A stretch of DNA of 64,000 bases from Octopus sinensis (Eukaryota). Shown one piece after another: positions 24,840 to 36,985 of this stretch. The notes below the pieces were generated by a model. It ran no database searches and had not been told where the DNA came from. It worked only from the letters and a program-made list of their open reading frames with translations. Position 1 is the first letter of the stretch. The number at the start of each line of letters is the position of its first letter. A program made the position numbers and the translations under genes. The stretch spans positions 63,364,001-63,428,000 of the forward strand of contig NC_043001.1 of NCBI RefSeq assembly GCF_006345805.1, given 5' to 3'.

Positions 24840-24964
24840 GTAAGTATTTTGAACTTTATACATTTTAAACTCCTTTGTCTGTGGCCATACTACCTCAAAT
24901 GTTTGTAGTTCCTTGAACTATATGATGTGCCATTAGTCATGGTTCCATTTCTTCATATTTTCAG

Positions 24965-25141
24965 GGCATCAAAGTTGATTCTTTTCGTCAGTGTGATTTC
25001 ATTCCTGTCGATTTCTTTGAAGTACGACATATCAAAGCAAGCTTCAAGAAGTTGATGAAAGCTTGTGTTCCTAGTGCCCCACCGTCCAGTCCTGAGCACA
25101 CTCTCTACAAAGGAGTTGAAGATTCTGAGTGGCTTTTACAG
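24965..25141 (+). CDS. SBF2: SBF-like exon (GIKVDSFRQCDFIPVDFFEVRHIKASFKKLMKACVP...EDSEWLLQ)
   Basis: AG/GT boundaries, 177 nt, phase 0-0; contains the 'KASFKKLMKAC' and 'DSEW' myotubularin motifs. Confidence 0.95.
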
Positions 25142-26166
25142 GTAGAATTAATAGTACCTTCAGTCTATATATTTTAAACAGTTTTTTGTTGATGATGAGT
25201 ACCACAGAGTTCACCTGTGTCCTAGCAATCTTGGTTTTGAGTCCTTTTACATGCCTTAATGTCTTCGGGAAAAGTATGAGCATCATAGACTCCTATTTCC
25301 TCCTCCTTAAAAATAGAAATAAAAGATTTTTCATTTACAGGTTCATCTGTAGCCAATTGTTGAGAGGTTTTAAGCTATTTCTAATCCAATTTTATCCCAA
25401 TAATAAACTGGATTACTAAATATATGATGTATTTAATTATTTAAACATTTGAGAATAACAATGGTATTTATTTGTAATTGGTGGTTCATTTGTAATTTAT
25501 CAATTAACTTTTATTTTTCAATTTGGTCAGTGTCCCTAAATGATTTTATTTCTTTTTTCACTGTCATTGTATTTCTTCATACCCCTCACTTAGAGGTTTG
25601 ATATGTAGTGCTTGATAAATACTATGGTTATGATCATTTAAATGATTCATTGTTTTGGAGCAAGATGGTACACTGGTAGAATTGTTAGAACAGCAGATGA
25701 AATGTCTAGCAGTGCTTAGTGATGGCTCTTGACAGGCTAAACTGAGCTAAGTTCCTCCTTTGCATCACTTTGTCTTTCATCTTTTTAGAGGCTTGATAAA
25801 GTACCTGTCTAATCCTGGGGTTGATGTAACTGATGAATCCTTTCCTATCAAAATTGCTGGCCTTATACTTATATTAGCAACAATTGTTACTTAAGGGGGG
25901 CAATGTTTTGCTGCTAAGGACAGAATAAGTTAAAAACCTATATAAAGTTGTCTCCCATCTGTACAAGAAAATGAGTTTTTTTTTTTCTCTGCGCATAATT
26001 ATTTTCAGTTAGTTTTGTTAATGCTGTATTCAGATCTACTATTGTTAAACAGATTCTGTTTCAGGTAAATTTTGTAAACTTTTAAAAAGCGTTGTGTATG
26101 TATGTATATATGTATTTATATGTGTATGTGTGTATATATATATAACTATACTCCATGATATTACAG

Positions 26167-26271
26167 GTACAAAATGTGATGCAGTTGGCTGGTGCTGTGG
26201 TTGATCTCCTGGATGTGCAGGGTTCTTCAGTGATAATTTGTCTAGAAGATGGTTGGGATGTAACTACTCAG
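26167..26271 (+). CDS. SBF2: SBF-like exon containing the dead catalytic loop (IICLEDGWDVTTQ)
   Basis: ttacag/GTAAGT boundaries, 105 nt. The active myotubularin HCSDGWDR loop is replaced by CLEDGWDV, as in MTMR5/13. Confidence 0.95.
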
Positions 26272-26416
26272 GTAAGTGATGTACTCAGTGTTTTGCACTA
26301 TGTACTCACCTCATTATAATAATAACACCTGTTCTACCCTTTGTAGCTACTCATGTAATTGGTAACCCAAGATGATGTACTCAGGTATTTATATTAATAA
26401 CACCTCACCTACTCTA

Positions 26417-28286
26417 CAAGAGTGGGCTGAAAAGTTCATTGGTTGACTATGAAGGAGTGGTGCTGGAACTGTGAAACTGTCATGCATGGGAAATGAAAAA
26501 ATATTCACCTACCTTCTCTCATCTGCACCTGTCCATTTGTATAAGCCTCTCTCAAGTGCTGCTCAATCTTCACTGCATTCAGTTGTTCTTCATTCATTTT
26601 GAGGTACAGTGCCAGTGCACTCCTCTCCAAATACAGCACCATGAGGCTCGCTACATCTTCCTTGTAGCCTGGCCACAACTTCAACCTTTTGAATCCAGGC
26701 TACTACATCACCTTCACCATAGGAAGGTCTGATGATATTACTGCTGATCCTTATCTTCACTGCCATCATGTACCAAGGTGACAATGACGTCTGTATACTA
26801 TTGCCGAAGTAGCTTGTCATGCATGGGAAATGAAAAGAGGTTCACCTACCTTTCTCTCTCATCTGTACCTGTCTAGTAGTAGTCACTCCAGCGATCCTGC
26901 CCTACCCTGTCACCCAGTATAAGCAGATGCTATCTTATCAACCCAGGAGTGAATTCCCTGATGTCTGTTCACAGTGCCTTGGCTGGCAAGAAGAGGCTGA
27001 CCCATGTCCTTTCTCCCCCACCCTTCCCTTCTCACACTTCCTCTTCCAGTCAGTCCCTTGACCATTGACGTCATGGCCCACTTCTTCTGGCTCATCCCCA
27101 CAGAAACCTTGTAAGCATCAATTTCAACACTCCTTATTAGTAACTACATTGTTTCTTTCCAGCTAAACTGACATCTGACTGTTCAAAGAAGGTTTCAAAC
27201 GTAATTAGTAGTGACGTCTCTTGAAAATTGGAAAAATTTGGCATTGTAGTGTTATCAAGTACCAGCTGAAAGAGGCTTTAGCACACAATAACATTCATGC
27301 TGATATGGTTGCTTCATTCAGGGATGACACTCCAGCTTTATCAACATTGCAAAAGTGGGCAGCTGAATTTAGGAGGGTCTTGAAGATGATCCAATGTCTG
27401 GATGTCTTACAACTATCACCACCAAAGAAAATATTGTCTTCACCACATAGTGATGGATGACAGATGGTTGAATATAAATCAAATATCCAATACTGTTAGC
27501 ATATCCCATGAGAGAGTTGAGAATATTCTGCACTGCTTAGTGGCTGCTGCATCATCTGACACCTGATCAAAAGCACATCAGGCTGATTGCCTCATGAGAG
27601 AATCTGACATTGTTTAAGGCAGACCCTGCTGGTCTCTTTGAATGTTTTCTAACCCAGGATGAGTGTTGATTCATCACTTTGAGCCAGGGATGAAGAGACA
27701 ACCCATGCAGTGGAAATACCCCTCTTCACCTGTTCCAAAGAAGGCCAAGATTGTTTCATCTGCAGGGAATGTGATGGTAAAAGGCATTGTGTTTATTGTG
27801 TTTATCTTCAAAACAGCCACACCATCAATGAAGAGTACTGTGCTAACTTGCTGAGGCAGTTACGAAAGGCTATCAAGACCAAACACTCAGGAAAACTTAT
27901 GAAAGGGGTCTTGTTTCATCAGGACAATGCTCCAGCACACAAGTCTTTGCTTTCAATAGCTGCTGTGCCTGACTGTGGCTTTGAACTGATTGATCCTTCT
28001 CCCTGTTCTCCTGATTTGGCCCCATCTGACTCTCATCTGTTCCCCAACATAAAATAAAAAGACACTTGACTGGGAACCAGTATCACAGTGATGATATCAT
28101 ATTTGCTACTGATAACTTTTTTGATCAACAGGATGAAAGATTCTTCACTAATGGGATCTAAGCACTGCAACACTGATGGGAGAAATGTGTGGACCACAAG
28201 GGAGACTATGTTGAAAAATAAACCTTATTTGGTCACATTCCATGAAAGTATCTTGATCAGCCTATGAACTTTTCAACTGGTCCTTG
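26417..28286 (+). mobile_element. Mariner (DD34D) element, transposase pseudogene
   Basis: TA TSD at 26415-16 and 28287-88; imperfect TIR CAAG..GG.TGAAAAGTTCAT.GG.TGA; motifs TQDE.WIHHFEP, FHQDNAPAH and SPDLAPSD; many stops. Confidence 0.9.
26540..26812 (-). mobile_element. Ty3/Gypsy gag-like fragment nested in the mariner 5' region
   Basis: YGEGDVVAWIQKVEVVARLQ (and LYLE-like residues in a shifted frame) resembles a gag N-terminus; flanked by a direct repeat of about 65 bp at 26477 and 26813. Confidence 0.5.
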
Positions 28287-29518
28287 TATGTACTTGGAAG
28301 ATTGTGATATAGCAGCTGAGTTTGTTTAACCTTCTACTAACAGACAGCAGTAGTAGTAGTAATCAGTCATGGCCAATAGAAATAAAGTAGACACTCTCTT
28401 CATTAAGTCAATTGTTTACAATACTTACATCTCTCAAATATTACATGCATTGCTCTGTTGATAAAGACTCTGACTTTAAATGTGAGGGTATCAAGTTCAT
28501 CTCTGTATGTGAGTATTTATATAATGTGAACTGAAAAAAGAGCTTATAAATAATCACTCAACCTGCTAGAAGTAGCAGACAAACCTTGTAATCATATTAT
28601 TTCATCTCTAAAATTAAAGAAAGAACTATGTCTTTAGTAAATGTCTATAGTAAACTGTCTGAAAATATGGCTGGGAGGCCTTTTATCACAGATTTATTAT
28701 ATAAAGATTGACATCAATTTGCCAAATATCACAATCTTTTATATAAAATTTATAGTGAAATTAGTAGATCATCTAATTTAATGACCTCTAATATTTAATT
28801 ACACATTAATTATATTCTGTACAAAATTCACTAAGGAGATAATTTTGTTCATTGCTTTTTTTATGTATCTGTATGATGTGGGGTGGTGAATAAAGTAAAC
28901 ACCAGTTAAATACAAGGGTTCATATTAATTAATTGCACAATGCCTGTTCCAAATTTTGGTTTTAGAAATTTGTTGGCAGAAACTACCATTGTGTATGCAT
29001 CTTTATTTCTGAATACATTAAACTGAATGCATGTTTCATTATTATAGACTGATGGATTCAGACCAGTGTCTTCATCTTTGTTTTTATAGGCATAATGTTT
29101 CAGTCATTGTACCCTGTAGGCTTTTTCAGATTCCTCTCTATTTAGTGATGTTCTTAAAATAAGGGACCAAAGCCCTTATTAAATCCACTGGGGTTCATCA
29201 TATCCATTTCATTATCTACGGATATTCTATTATTATTTCTCTGTTAAGTATTTTCTTGTTGATTATTCTAATTATTTTCTTCTTAATTATTCTACTGAAA
29301 TTATTCTGTTAACTATTGTTCTGTTAATTAGTCTCTTCCTAGTGCATTCATTTCACTTGAATCAGAACATTTATACTGTTTGACTGCTACTAGGATTGAA
29401 CTTGTGCTTATTAGCTAAACTGTTACACTATAGCAACCAAGATGAAGATGCTAGTCCACATATGTTGGTATATAAGTGTCCATATATACATACAGTTAAT
29501 GTTTTTTTCTCCTTTCAG

Positions 29519-29704
29519 ATTGTAAGTGTTGCTCAGATATTACTAGACCCATATTATCGGACATTGGAAGGTTTCAAGGCTCTTATTGAGAAAGAATGGT
29601 TGTCTTGTGGTCATCGGTTTACTCACCGAAGTAACCAGACAGCAGCCAACCAAGCCAGTGGTTTTGCTGCTATCTTCCTACAGTTCTTAGATATTGTACA
29701 TCAG
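29519..29704 (+). CDS. SBF2: SBF-like exon ([34 protein letters not shown]...[10 protein letters not shown])
   Basis: tttcag/GTAAGA boundaries, 186 nt; hallmark myotubularin DPYYRT/EKEW/FLQFLD motifs. Confidence 0.97.
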
Positions 29705-30470
29705 GTAAGACTATATCTGTTTCTCTAAAACTCTGATATCATTCCACTAAGGTAGATATACTTCATAGTTTTGCTATTGTATGTATGTCATTGCTACATA
29801 TCCTTGTTTTATTGCATTTACAGTCAGGTTGTTGCATAAGAATAGTTTTTAACCATCAACATTACAGCAATATATTTCAATAAATTATATATTTTATTAA
29901 TTGAAAATAATAACTGTTAGAATAGCCATGTTTCTAACCACAAGAAACAAATTTGTTTATTCCAGTAATGTAGAATTCTGGATTGCTGGAACTGATCGAT
30001 TCTTTGAAAGTGTTTTGAGTTGTTGTTTGGTTATAGAAGACCTTTTACAGAAAGCTATTGAAAGGAATGTAAAAAATTATGAAAGAAGGAGGTGGATAGG
30101 AATAAGATGGATGGAATGGAATTTTGTAGTCCTCTTTGTTCAATTTTATCAGAGACATTCATGAAACATGTGGTCAACTGTTGTTATGGAGAATTGACCA
30201 ATGATTCCCTTGTCTACTGTGAAGTTTTTGCCAGGATACAAGAAATATGTGGAGTGATGGGGAATTCAACTTAGTGACCATAAGCTTTTTTGAATGTAAC
30301 TTTGGTTTGGAAAAGTGTGTAGTGCTTCACCTCTGTACAGCTACCACCACCACTCCTCTTCCTCTCCATCCCCTTCCATCCCCTGTGTCTTTCCACTTCT
30401 TCCTCTCCCTTGCCTCCTTCCTCCACCTCCTTTTTATACTGATGTATATAGTTTTTCATTTTTCTTTTAG

Positions 30471-30779
30471 ATTCACCGTCAATTCCCACTGTCCTTTGAA
30501 TACAACCAATATTTCCTGAAATTTATGGCCTACCATTATGTATCAAACCGTTTCCGAACATTCATGATGGACACAGAATTTGAGAGGATGGAAGCTGGTT
30601 GGCTGTTGGAAGAAAAAAAGGCACCAAAAGTTGATGGCCCTGATGAAGAATCTGGGTTCTCCCCTAAACATTCTTCAACTCCTGTTATTGGTTTATCTAT
30701 CTGGGATTACATTGAGAAACATCACCGACGCTCCACAGTTTTCTTTAATTTCATGTACAGTCCATCAGATTATGATGTG
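30471..30779 (+). CDS. SBF2: SBF-like exon (IHRQFPLSFEYNQYFLKFMAYHYVSNRFRTF...FFNFMYSPSDYDV)
   Basis: ttttag/GTGAGT boundaries, 309 nt; QFP..FE.N and SNRFRTF motifs. Confidence 0.97.
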
Positions 30780-31110
30780 GTGAGTTAACTCGCCCTTTCT
30801 TTCATGTTTTTATTAAAAACTAGCTTTAATTAAAAACAAAAAAAGTGAACCTTCTATGGCAAAGCAAATTTTCTTAGGCTTTTTGTCTGTATTATATACA
30901 TTATTTCTGTCTGTACTTGTGTACACTCTTTCTGTCTGTATTTACGTACACTATTTTACAGTTTAGGTTGTGATCTAGTAGATAAAAATGCTAAAAGTTT
31001 ATAAATATAGTTTCCTGGTTCAAATCTAGTATGGTATTACTGTGCAAACATACTGGAATAACACATTTGATGATCTGAGATCAAACTGATTAAAGCATAA
31101 AATAATATAT

Positions 31111-33890
31111 ATCATCGTCATCATCATTTAACATCTGTTTTCCATGCTGGCATAGACTGGACAAATTTGACAAGCTGGTATGGTGAGGGGCACACCAGGC
31201 TCCATTGTCTGTTCTGGCATGGTTTCTATGGCTGGGTATCCTTCCTAAGGCCAAGCACTTTACTGAGCATACTGGGTACTTTTTATGTGGCACCAGCACT
31301 GGTATCAATTCTGCTGTGGTGGATGGTTCTTCTTGAGTACAGCAATGCACCAGATATCTTGGTCCTTTGTCATCTCCTTTGTAAGGCTCAATGCCTTCAA
31401 TACTTCATCCCATGTTTTCCTGGGTCTTCCTCTTCCACAAGTTTCATTCACTTTAAGTGATCAGCACTTCTGTATACAACTCTCTATATCCATACATGTC
31501 ACATGATGAAACTGGTTCTGGTAAATTCCACCCTGGTAAATTCCACCACCAGGTAAATTTCACCATAGGTAAATTCCACCATGGTAAATTCTACCCATGG
31601 ACAGATGTTACTCCAATTTCGATTATTATTGTTTCTTTTCTTTCATGGTCAGATATTGTAATGTCAGGTTTATTGTTTTCTATATGGTTTGGTGTTATTA
31701 CTGAGCTATCTACTAACATCTTAACCTTTTCATTTGCTGTTACCTTTTCTATTTGCATGTTTCTGATTTTCTGGTTTTTTTTTTTTTTGGTATGTTATAT
31801 TGCTGTAGTAGGTTCACAAATATTATCTTGGTTATCTCCTTGTGTCTCTCTTTATATTTTGCGTGTGCTATTTTTCCACATTGTATTGCCATATATTCGA
31901 TATTTCCTTTGTTTCTTACAATCTCTGCATGCTATTTTTCTTCCATAGTAGTTGTTTCTGTCTTGTAAATACTGTATAATATTTTTATCTGTCATTGAGT
32001 ATTTGCTTTGTTTTATAAATTTCAATGAATCTCTTTTTGATATTGTTTCCTCATTCAGGTGTTTAAAGTATTTCTTTATGATTGTTTTTGTATGATTGTT
32101 CCTTAATTATTTTTTCTCCCTTGTATTTTTTGTATTCACTGACATTATCGATATTATTTTTATGCATTCTTTTTTTATTTCCATATCATAACCCATATAA
32201 TAATAATAATAATAATAATTTCACTTATGGTGAAATTTACCATGTTGGAATATACTGTGGTGGAGTTTCACACAGTGGAATTTACCAGTCACCAATCAAA
32301 CCAGCACAGTCTTCTCTCTTGCACAGATCTCTGTCACACATGCACACTGACATTGCATATCCAGTAGAACATACTAGCTTCAATCCTCTCTAGTCTTCGC
32401 ATGTCTTCTGCATTCAGAGCCCTTGTCTCACTACCATGTGGCATTGCTGTTTGTATACAGCACATAATCTTTCTTTCGCTCAGAGAGAGAAAGAGAGACT
32501 TTGGTTGCCAACAGAGGTAAAAGCTCTCTGGATTTTCTCCATCCTATTCTCATTCCAGTGATTACACTTTCCATGCATTCTCCCCCACAGCTAATTAGGT
32601 AGCAAAAATCATTCACTACTTCTAAAGAGCCTCTCGGGTATTTAAGAAACTCAATTTCCTGAGTCTGTGGTTTTTATGGCTTCTGTGCATCTTCCACATT
32701 TAAACACTACCTTATAACCTTCCTATTATTTGACTGCACTTGTTTGTCTGTAGCTTGCACTGGGTACATTGTACAGAATTCCTGCCTACACAGTTCCTAC
32801 ATGTCAAACAGGGCCATTTACCTGATGGAGGAAGGGTCTTGTCCATTTTCTTGCTTACTAGAACTGCAGGTTTTAAGTTAACCTTACAGCCCTTTGATTC
32901 TAAGTTTTGCTTCCACACCTGGAGTTTCTTTTCTAGTTCTGTTGCAGAATCCGCTATAAGAGCAAGATCATAAGCATACAGCTGTTTCCAGGGGCAGCCA
33001 GTTTTGAATTCCTCTGTTATGGTCTGGAAGATGATGATGAATAGGATGTGGCTGAGAACTGAACCCTGATGAATGCCTATCTGTACACTAAAATAATTAC
33101 TATACATGTTGTTAACTATCACCTTACTGTCAGAACTTCTGTACATGGCTTGTATGGCTGGCTTTCACAAGCCACTTCTCTACCCCTAGCTTTCTCAGAG
33201 CCCACGATATAAGTAAGTGGAGTACTCTATCAAAGGCTTTCTCTAAGTCAACAAACATCAAGTACAATCTGTTGTGTCTGGGGAGAGTCATTTTCTTTTT
33301 GTGCCTTATTATACTTCAACACATGAACTCATAAAGAATCTTGCAAACCAAATCCAAAAACGAAATATCAAGTACAATGGTTAGCCAAATACTTCTCCTG
33401 CACTTGTCTGACTATAGTGTCAATAGTGCTTCTCAACACAAAGCCTAACTGCATTTCATCTAATCTGATTCTGTTCCTATAACACTTTCTATATAATTTT
33501 TTCTATATCTTTCATGACCTGGTCTAGCAATTTGATGTCTCTGTAGTTACATCTCCATTACTCTTGTAACAGTTGACTATAATGCTGCTGCATCAGTCAT
33601 TGGGGATATCACCTTCCTGGTTAAGCTGATTAATTATTTGGGTGACTAAACCATATCCCACTCCACCAGATATTTTAAGCATCTCAGCAGTGATTCCTGA
33701 TGGATCAGGGGCTTTCTCTGTCTTCATATCCTTAATTGCCTTATCTATTATACTGCTGTCAATGCCTATAGCAGGTCCCAATGTTGGGTTCACACAGGGG
33801 AGATTCTCTTTTTCTCATTCATTCTTCACATTTAATAGTAGCATAGTATTTCATAGTAGCACCTCTATGCCTCTTTCTTTTTGGAGTCAC
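31111..33890 (-). mobile_element. 5'-truncated decayed RTE LINE (RT C-terminal half, Cys-rich motif, 3' UTR), interrupted by a foldback element
   Basis: GIHQGSVLSHILFII, LYAYDLAL, ESKG.KVN, KWPC..C...VGRNSVQCTQC, KAPDPSGITAEMLK; (CAT)n tail at 31111. Confidence 0.85.
31514..32292. mobile_element. Foldback/Mutator-like non-autonomous element with subterminal 15-bp tandem repeats
   Basis: GGTAAATTCCACC(AT) x5 at the left end and inverted copies at the right end; possible degenerate 9-bp TSD GATGAAACT/AATCAAACC (6 of 9). Confidence 0.6.
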
Positions 33891-34334
33891 TGAGTGCAAA
33901 ATGTAATATGATAGATGAGGCATGGCAGTGTGGATTAGATGTTTGCTTCCCAACTACTTGATTTTGGGTTCAGTCTCACTTTGTTGTGCATTGGACATCT
34001 GCTATAGCCATGGGCTAACCAAAGCCTTATGAATGGATTTAGTGGACAAAACTGAAGGGTGCCCATTGTATATGTATGTGTGTACAGGTGTGTGTGTGTG
34101 TGTGTCTATGTTTCCTTGTTTTGACATCATGTGATAGCTGAAAACGAAAATCATTGTCATACAAGCAGTGTTATTCATTTCCTATATTCTGTGAAAAACT
34201 GGCCGCAGGGAAATATTACACTGCTAGGAAACTGGTGACAGTTGGTAACAGGAAAGGCATATGGTTGTAGAAAATCTGACTTACTAAATTTTGTGCAAAC
34301 CATGCAAGCACAGAAAAATAGATGTTGAAATGAT

Positions 34335-34748
34335 GTGTGGTAAGTAGATTGCTTACCAACCACATGGTTCCAGGTTCATTCCCACCGCATGGCACCTTGG
34401 GCAAGTGTCTTCTACTATAGCCTTGCATCGGCCAAAGCCTTGTGAGTGGATTTGGTAGATGGAAACCGAAAGAAGCCCGTTGTATATATGTGTGTATATA
34501 TATATATGTATGTATGTATGTGTGCGTGTATATGTCTGTGTGTCTGTGTTTGTCCCCCCCCCAATATCGCTTGACAACCGATGTTGATGTGTTTACGCCC
34601 CAATAACTTAGCTGTTTGGCAAAAGAGACCGATAGAATAAGTACTAGGCTTACAAAGAATAAGTCCTGGGGTTGATTTGCTATCTAAAGGCAGTGCTCCA
34701 GCATGGCTGCAGTCAAATGACTGAAACAAGTAAAAGAGTAAAAAAGAG
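34335..34748 (+). mobile_element. tRNA-derived bipartite SINE (internal microsatellite, CR1-like tail)
   Basis: Aligns over its full length to 37788-38184. Confidence 0.88.
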
Positions 34749-34754
34749 TATGTA

Positions 34755-34798
<44 letters not shown>

Positions 34799-34978
34799 AT
34801 ATAGATAAGAAAGTTTGTTTGGTAAAGCACGTGGGTGAATATATAAGAAAATAGTAAAGAGTGAAAAAACGACAGAAGGCTTAAATGTTAAAAAATATAT
34901 ATATTTGCGTCAAAATGTCTGGAGAATATTGGAAAAAATTTTTTCCCTCCTTAAAATGACATAATTTTATGATTTTTA

Positions 34979-35017
34979 AAGAAATACCGGTTTCGCAGTT
35001 AGCTCTTCAAATTTCTT
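34979..35017 (-). ncRNA. Minimal hammerhead motif (C3U variant), left-arm copy
   Basis: Exact reverse complement of 36711-36749. Confidence 0.65.
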
Positions 35018-35145
35018 GTGACTTAATGTTTATTTTTAATAACATAATCCCTGTATTTTTGCTACGGAGAGTTCTAAATAAGGGAAAGTAGTGAGTGATT
35101 TCTTCCGGTGTAAGGGAGATAATCGCTTAAAAAAATTTTTTTCCT

Positions 35146-36027
35146 TTAGTGTGAATTTCTCTGTATTATTGAGTTCAAATAGTTGAGTCTGGGTTTGTAC
35201 TTTTCAATGAAGAATATTTCCTTATTTAGTCTAATTTGTGATGATGATCCGAAAGCACATTGGTAAAATGGAAAGATTAAAAATTGTGGTTGTAGTTGCT
35301 TTGCGCATTTCTCAATGTGCTCACTAAAAGGTATCATTCTATATTCTGGGAATGCAATCTGTTGTTGATGCAGTGTGCATCTACGTCTGAGTGATAGTCC
35401 CGTGGACCCCACGTAGTCTTGGTGGCAGCCCGAGCATTTAATGACATAAATTATGTTTTCAGAGGCACAAGTAAAGTTAGATTTGATCTTGAATTTCTGT
35501 CCCTCTTTAAAGAAGAATTCTGATCCTTCCAATAGGTTAGGACATGTTGCACAGTTCGATCTACCACATTTTTTTACTTTTGCATCCGTAATTTTAGAAG
35601 ACAATTTTGCCTTTGTGAGAATCTTTTTAAGTGATTTAGGCTGTTTGTAGCTTTTAATGATTTGGTGTATGTTTAGAATTTCCTTTAATTTGGGGTTTTT
35701 ATGAAGTATTGGTAAATTCTGGGTGATGATGGTGAAAGCTTCTTTGTTTCTGGGGTTGTATGTAGATATGTAAGGTAGTATTTTCGAGGAAGGTGTGTTG
35801 TTGTGTTGAACTTTTCTTAAAGTTTCTATGTTGATTTCTGTTGCACGTCTGATCCCATCCTCTATGAGTTGAGTTGGGTAATGTCTGTCAATTAAGGTGT
35901 TTTTGAGTTCTTGCAGTCTGAAGTTCCTGGTATTTTGTTCTGACACTATTGTGCATATCCTTCTTGCAAGGTTGAAGGGGATGTTTGTTTTAGTGTGTCT
36001 TGGGTGGCATGAACTAAAAAACCTCAT
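35146..36027 (-). CDS. Penelope-like RT-thumb/GIY-YIG endonuclease ORF remnant, open for 293 aa, 5'-truncated
   Basis: ORF track; CGRSNCATC Cys motif and GIY-YIG-like IIY...YVG. The Met start is created by the truncation and inversion junction. Confidence 0.75.
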   Translation of the reverse strand: MRFFSSCHPRHTKTNIPFNLARRICTIVSEQNTRNFRLQELKNTLIDRHYPTQLIEDGIRRATEINIETLRKVQHNNTPSSKILPYISTYNPRNKEAFTIITQNLPILHKNPKLKEILNIHQIIKSYKQPKSLKKILTKAKLSSKITDAKVKKCGRSNCATCPNLLEGSEFFFKEGQKFKIKSNFTCASENIIYVIKCSGCHQDYVGSTGLSLRRRCTLHQQQIAFPEYRMIPFSEHIEKCAKQLQPQFLIFPFYQCAFGSSSQIRLNKEIFFIEKYKPRLNYLNSIIQRNSH

Positions 36028-36710
36028 AAAAACCCCAAATTAAAGGAAATTCTAAACATACACCAAATCATTAAAAGCTACAAACAGCCTAAATCACTTA
36101 AAAAGATTCTCACAAAGGCAAAATTGTCTTCTAAAATTACGGATGCAAAAGTAAAAAAATGTGGTAGATCGAACTGTGCAACATGTCCTAACCTATTGGA
36201 AGGATCAGAATTCTTCTTTAAAGAGGGACAGAAATTCAAGATCAAATCTAACTTTACTTGTGCCTCTGAAAACATAATTTATGTCATTAAATGCTCGGGC
36301 TGCCACCAAGACTACGTGGGGTCCACGGGACTATCACTCAGACGTAGATGCACACTGCATCAACAACAGATTGCATTCCCAGAATATAGAATGATACCTT
36401 TTAGTGAGCACATTGAGAAATGCGCAAAGCAACTACAACCACAATTTTTAATCTTTCCATTTTACCAATGTGCTTTCGGATCATCATCACAAATTAGACT
36501 AAATAAGGAAACATTCTTCATTGAAAAGTACAAACCCAGACTCAACTATTCGAACTCAATAATACAGAGAAATTCACACTAAAGGAAAAAAATTTTTTTA
36601 AGCGATTATCTCCCTTACACCGGAAGAAATCACTCACTACTTTCCCTTATTTAGAACTCTCCGTAGCAAAAATACAAGGATTACGTTATTAAAAATAAAT
36701 ATTAAGTCAC

Positions 36711-36749
36711 AAGAAATTTGAAGAGCTAACTGCGAAACCGGTATTTCTT
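36711..36749 (+). ncRNA. Minimal hammerhead motif (C3U variant) in the PLE 3' region, right arm
   Basis: AAGAAA(U)-UUGAAGA-GC UAACU GC-GAAA-CCGG-UA-UUUCUU; palindromic stem III ACCGGU and GUA triplet. Confidence 0.65.
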
Positions 36750-36880
36750 TAAAAATCATAAAATTATGTCATTTTAAGGAGGGAAAAAAATTTTTCCAAT
36801 ATTCTCCAGACATTTTGACGCAAATATATATATTTTTTAACATTTAAGCCTTCTGTCGTTTTTTCACTCTTTACTATTTT

Positions 36881-36929
<49 letters not shown>

Positions 36930-36985
36930 TACAGAGATGTACTTGCATAGCAAGTGACCTGATCTGAGATCATGTGCTGGAACGA

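Larger units (their letters stand above)
34840..36888 (-). mobile_element. Young 5'-truncated Penelope-like element with inverted 865-bp pseudo-LTR copy
   Basis: Minus-strand ORF 35146-36027 (RT C-terminal region plus GIY-YIG endonuclease: NIIYVIKCSGCHQDYVGST...LRRRCTLH, LNKE.FFI). Arm 34840-35704 is the reverse complement of 36024-36888 with about 5 mismatches seen. Confidence 0.93.
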
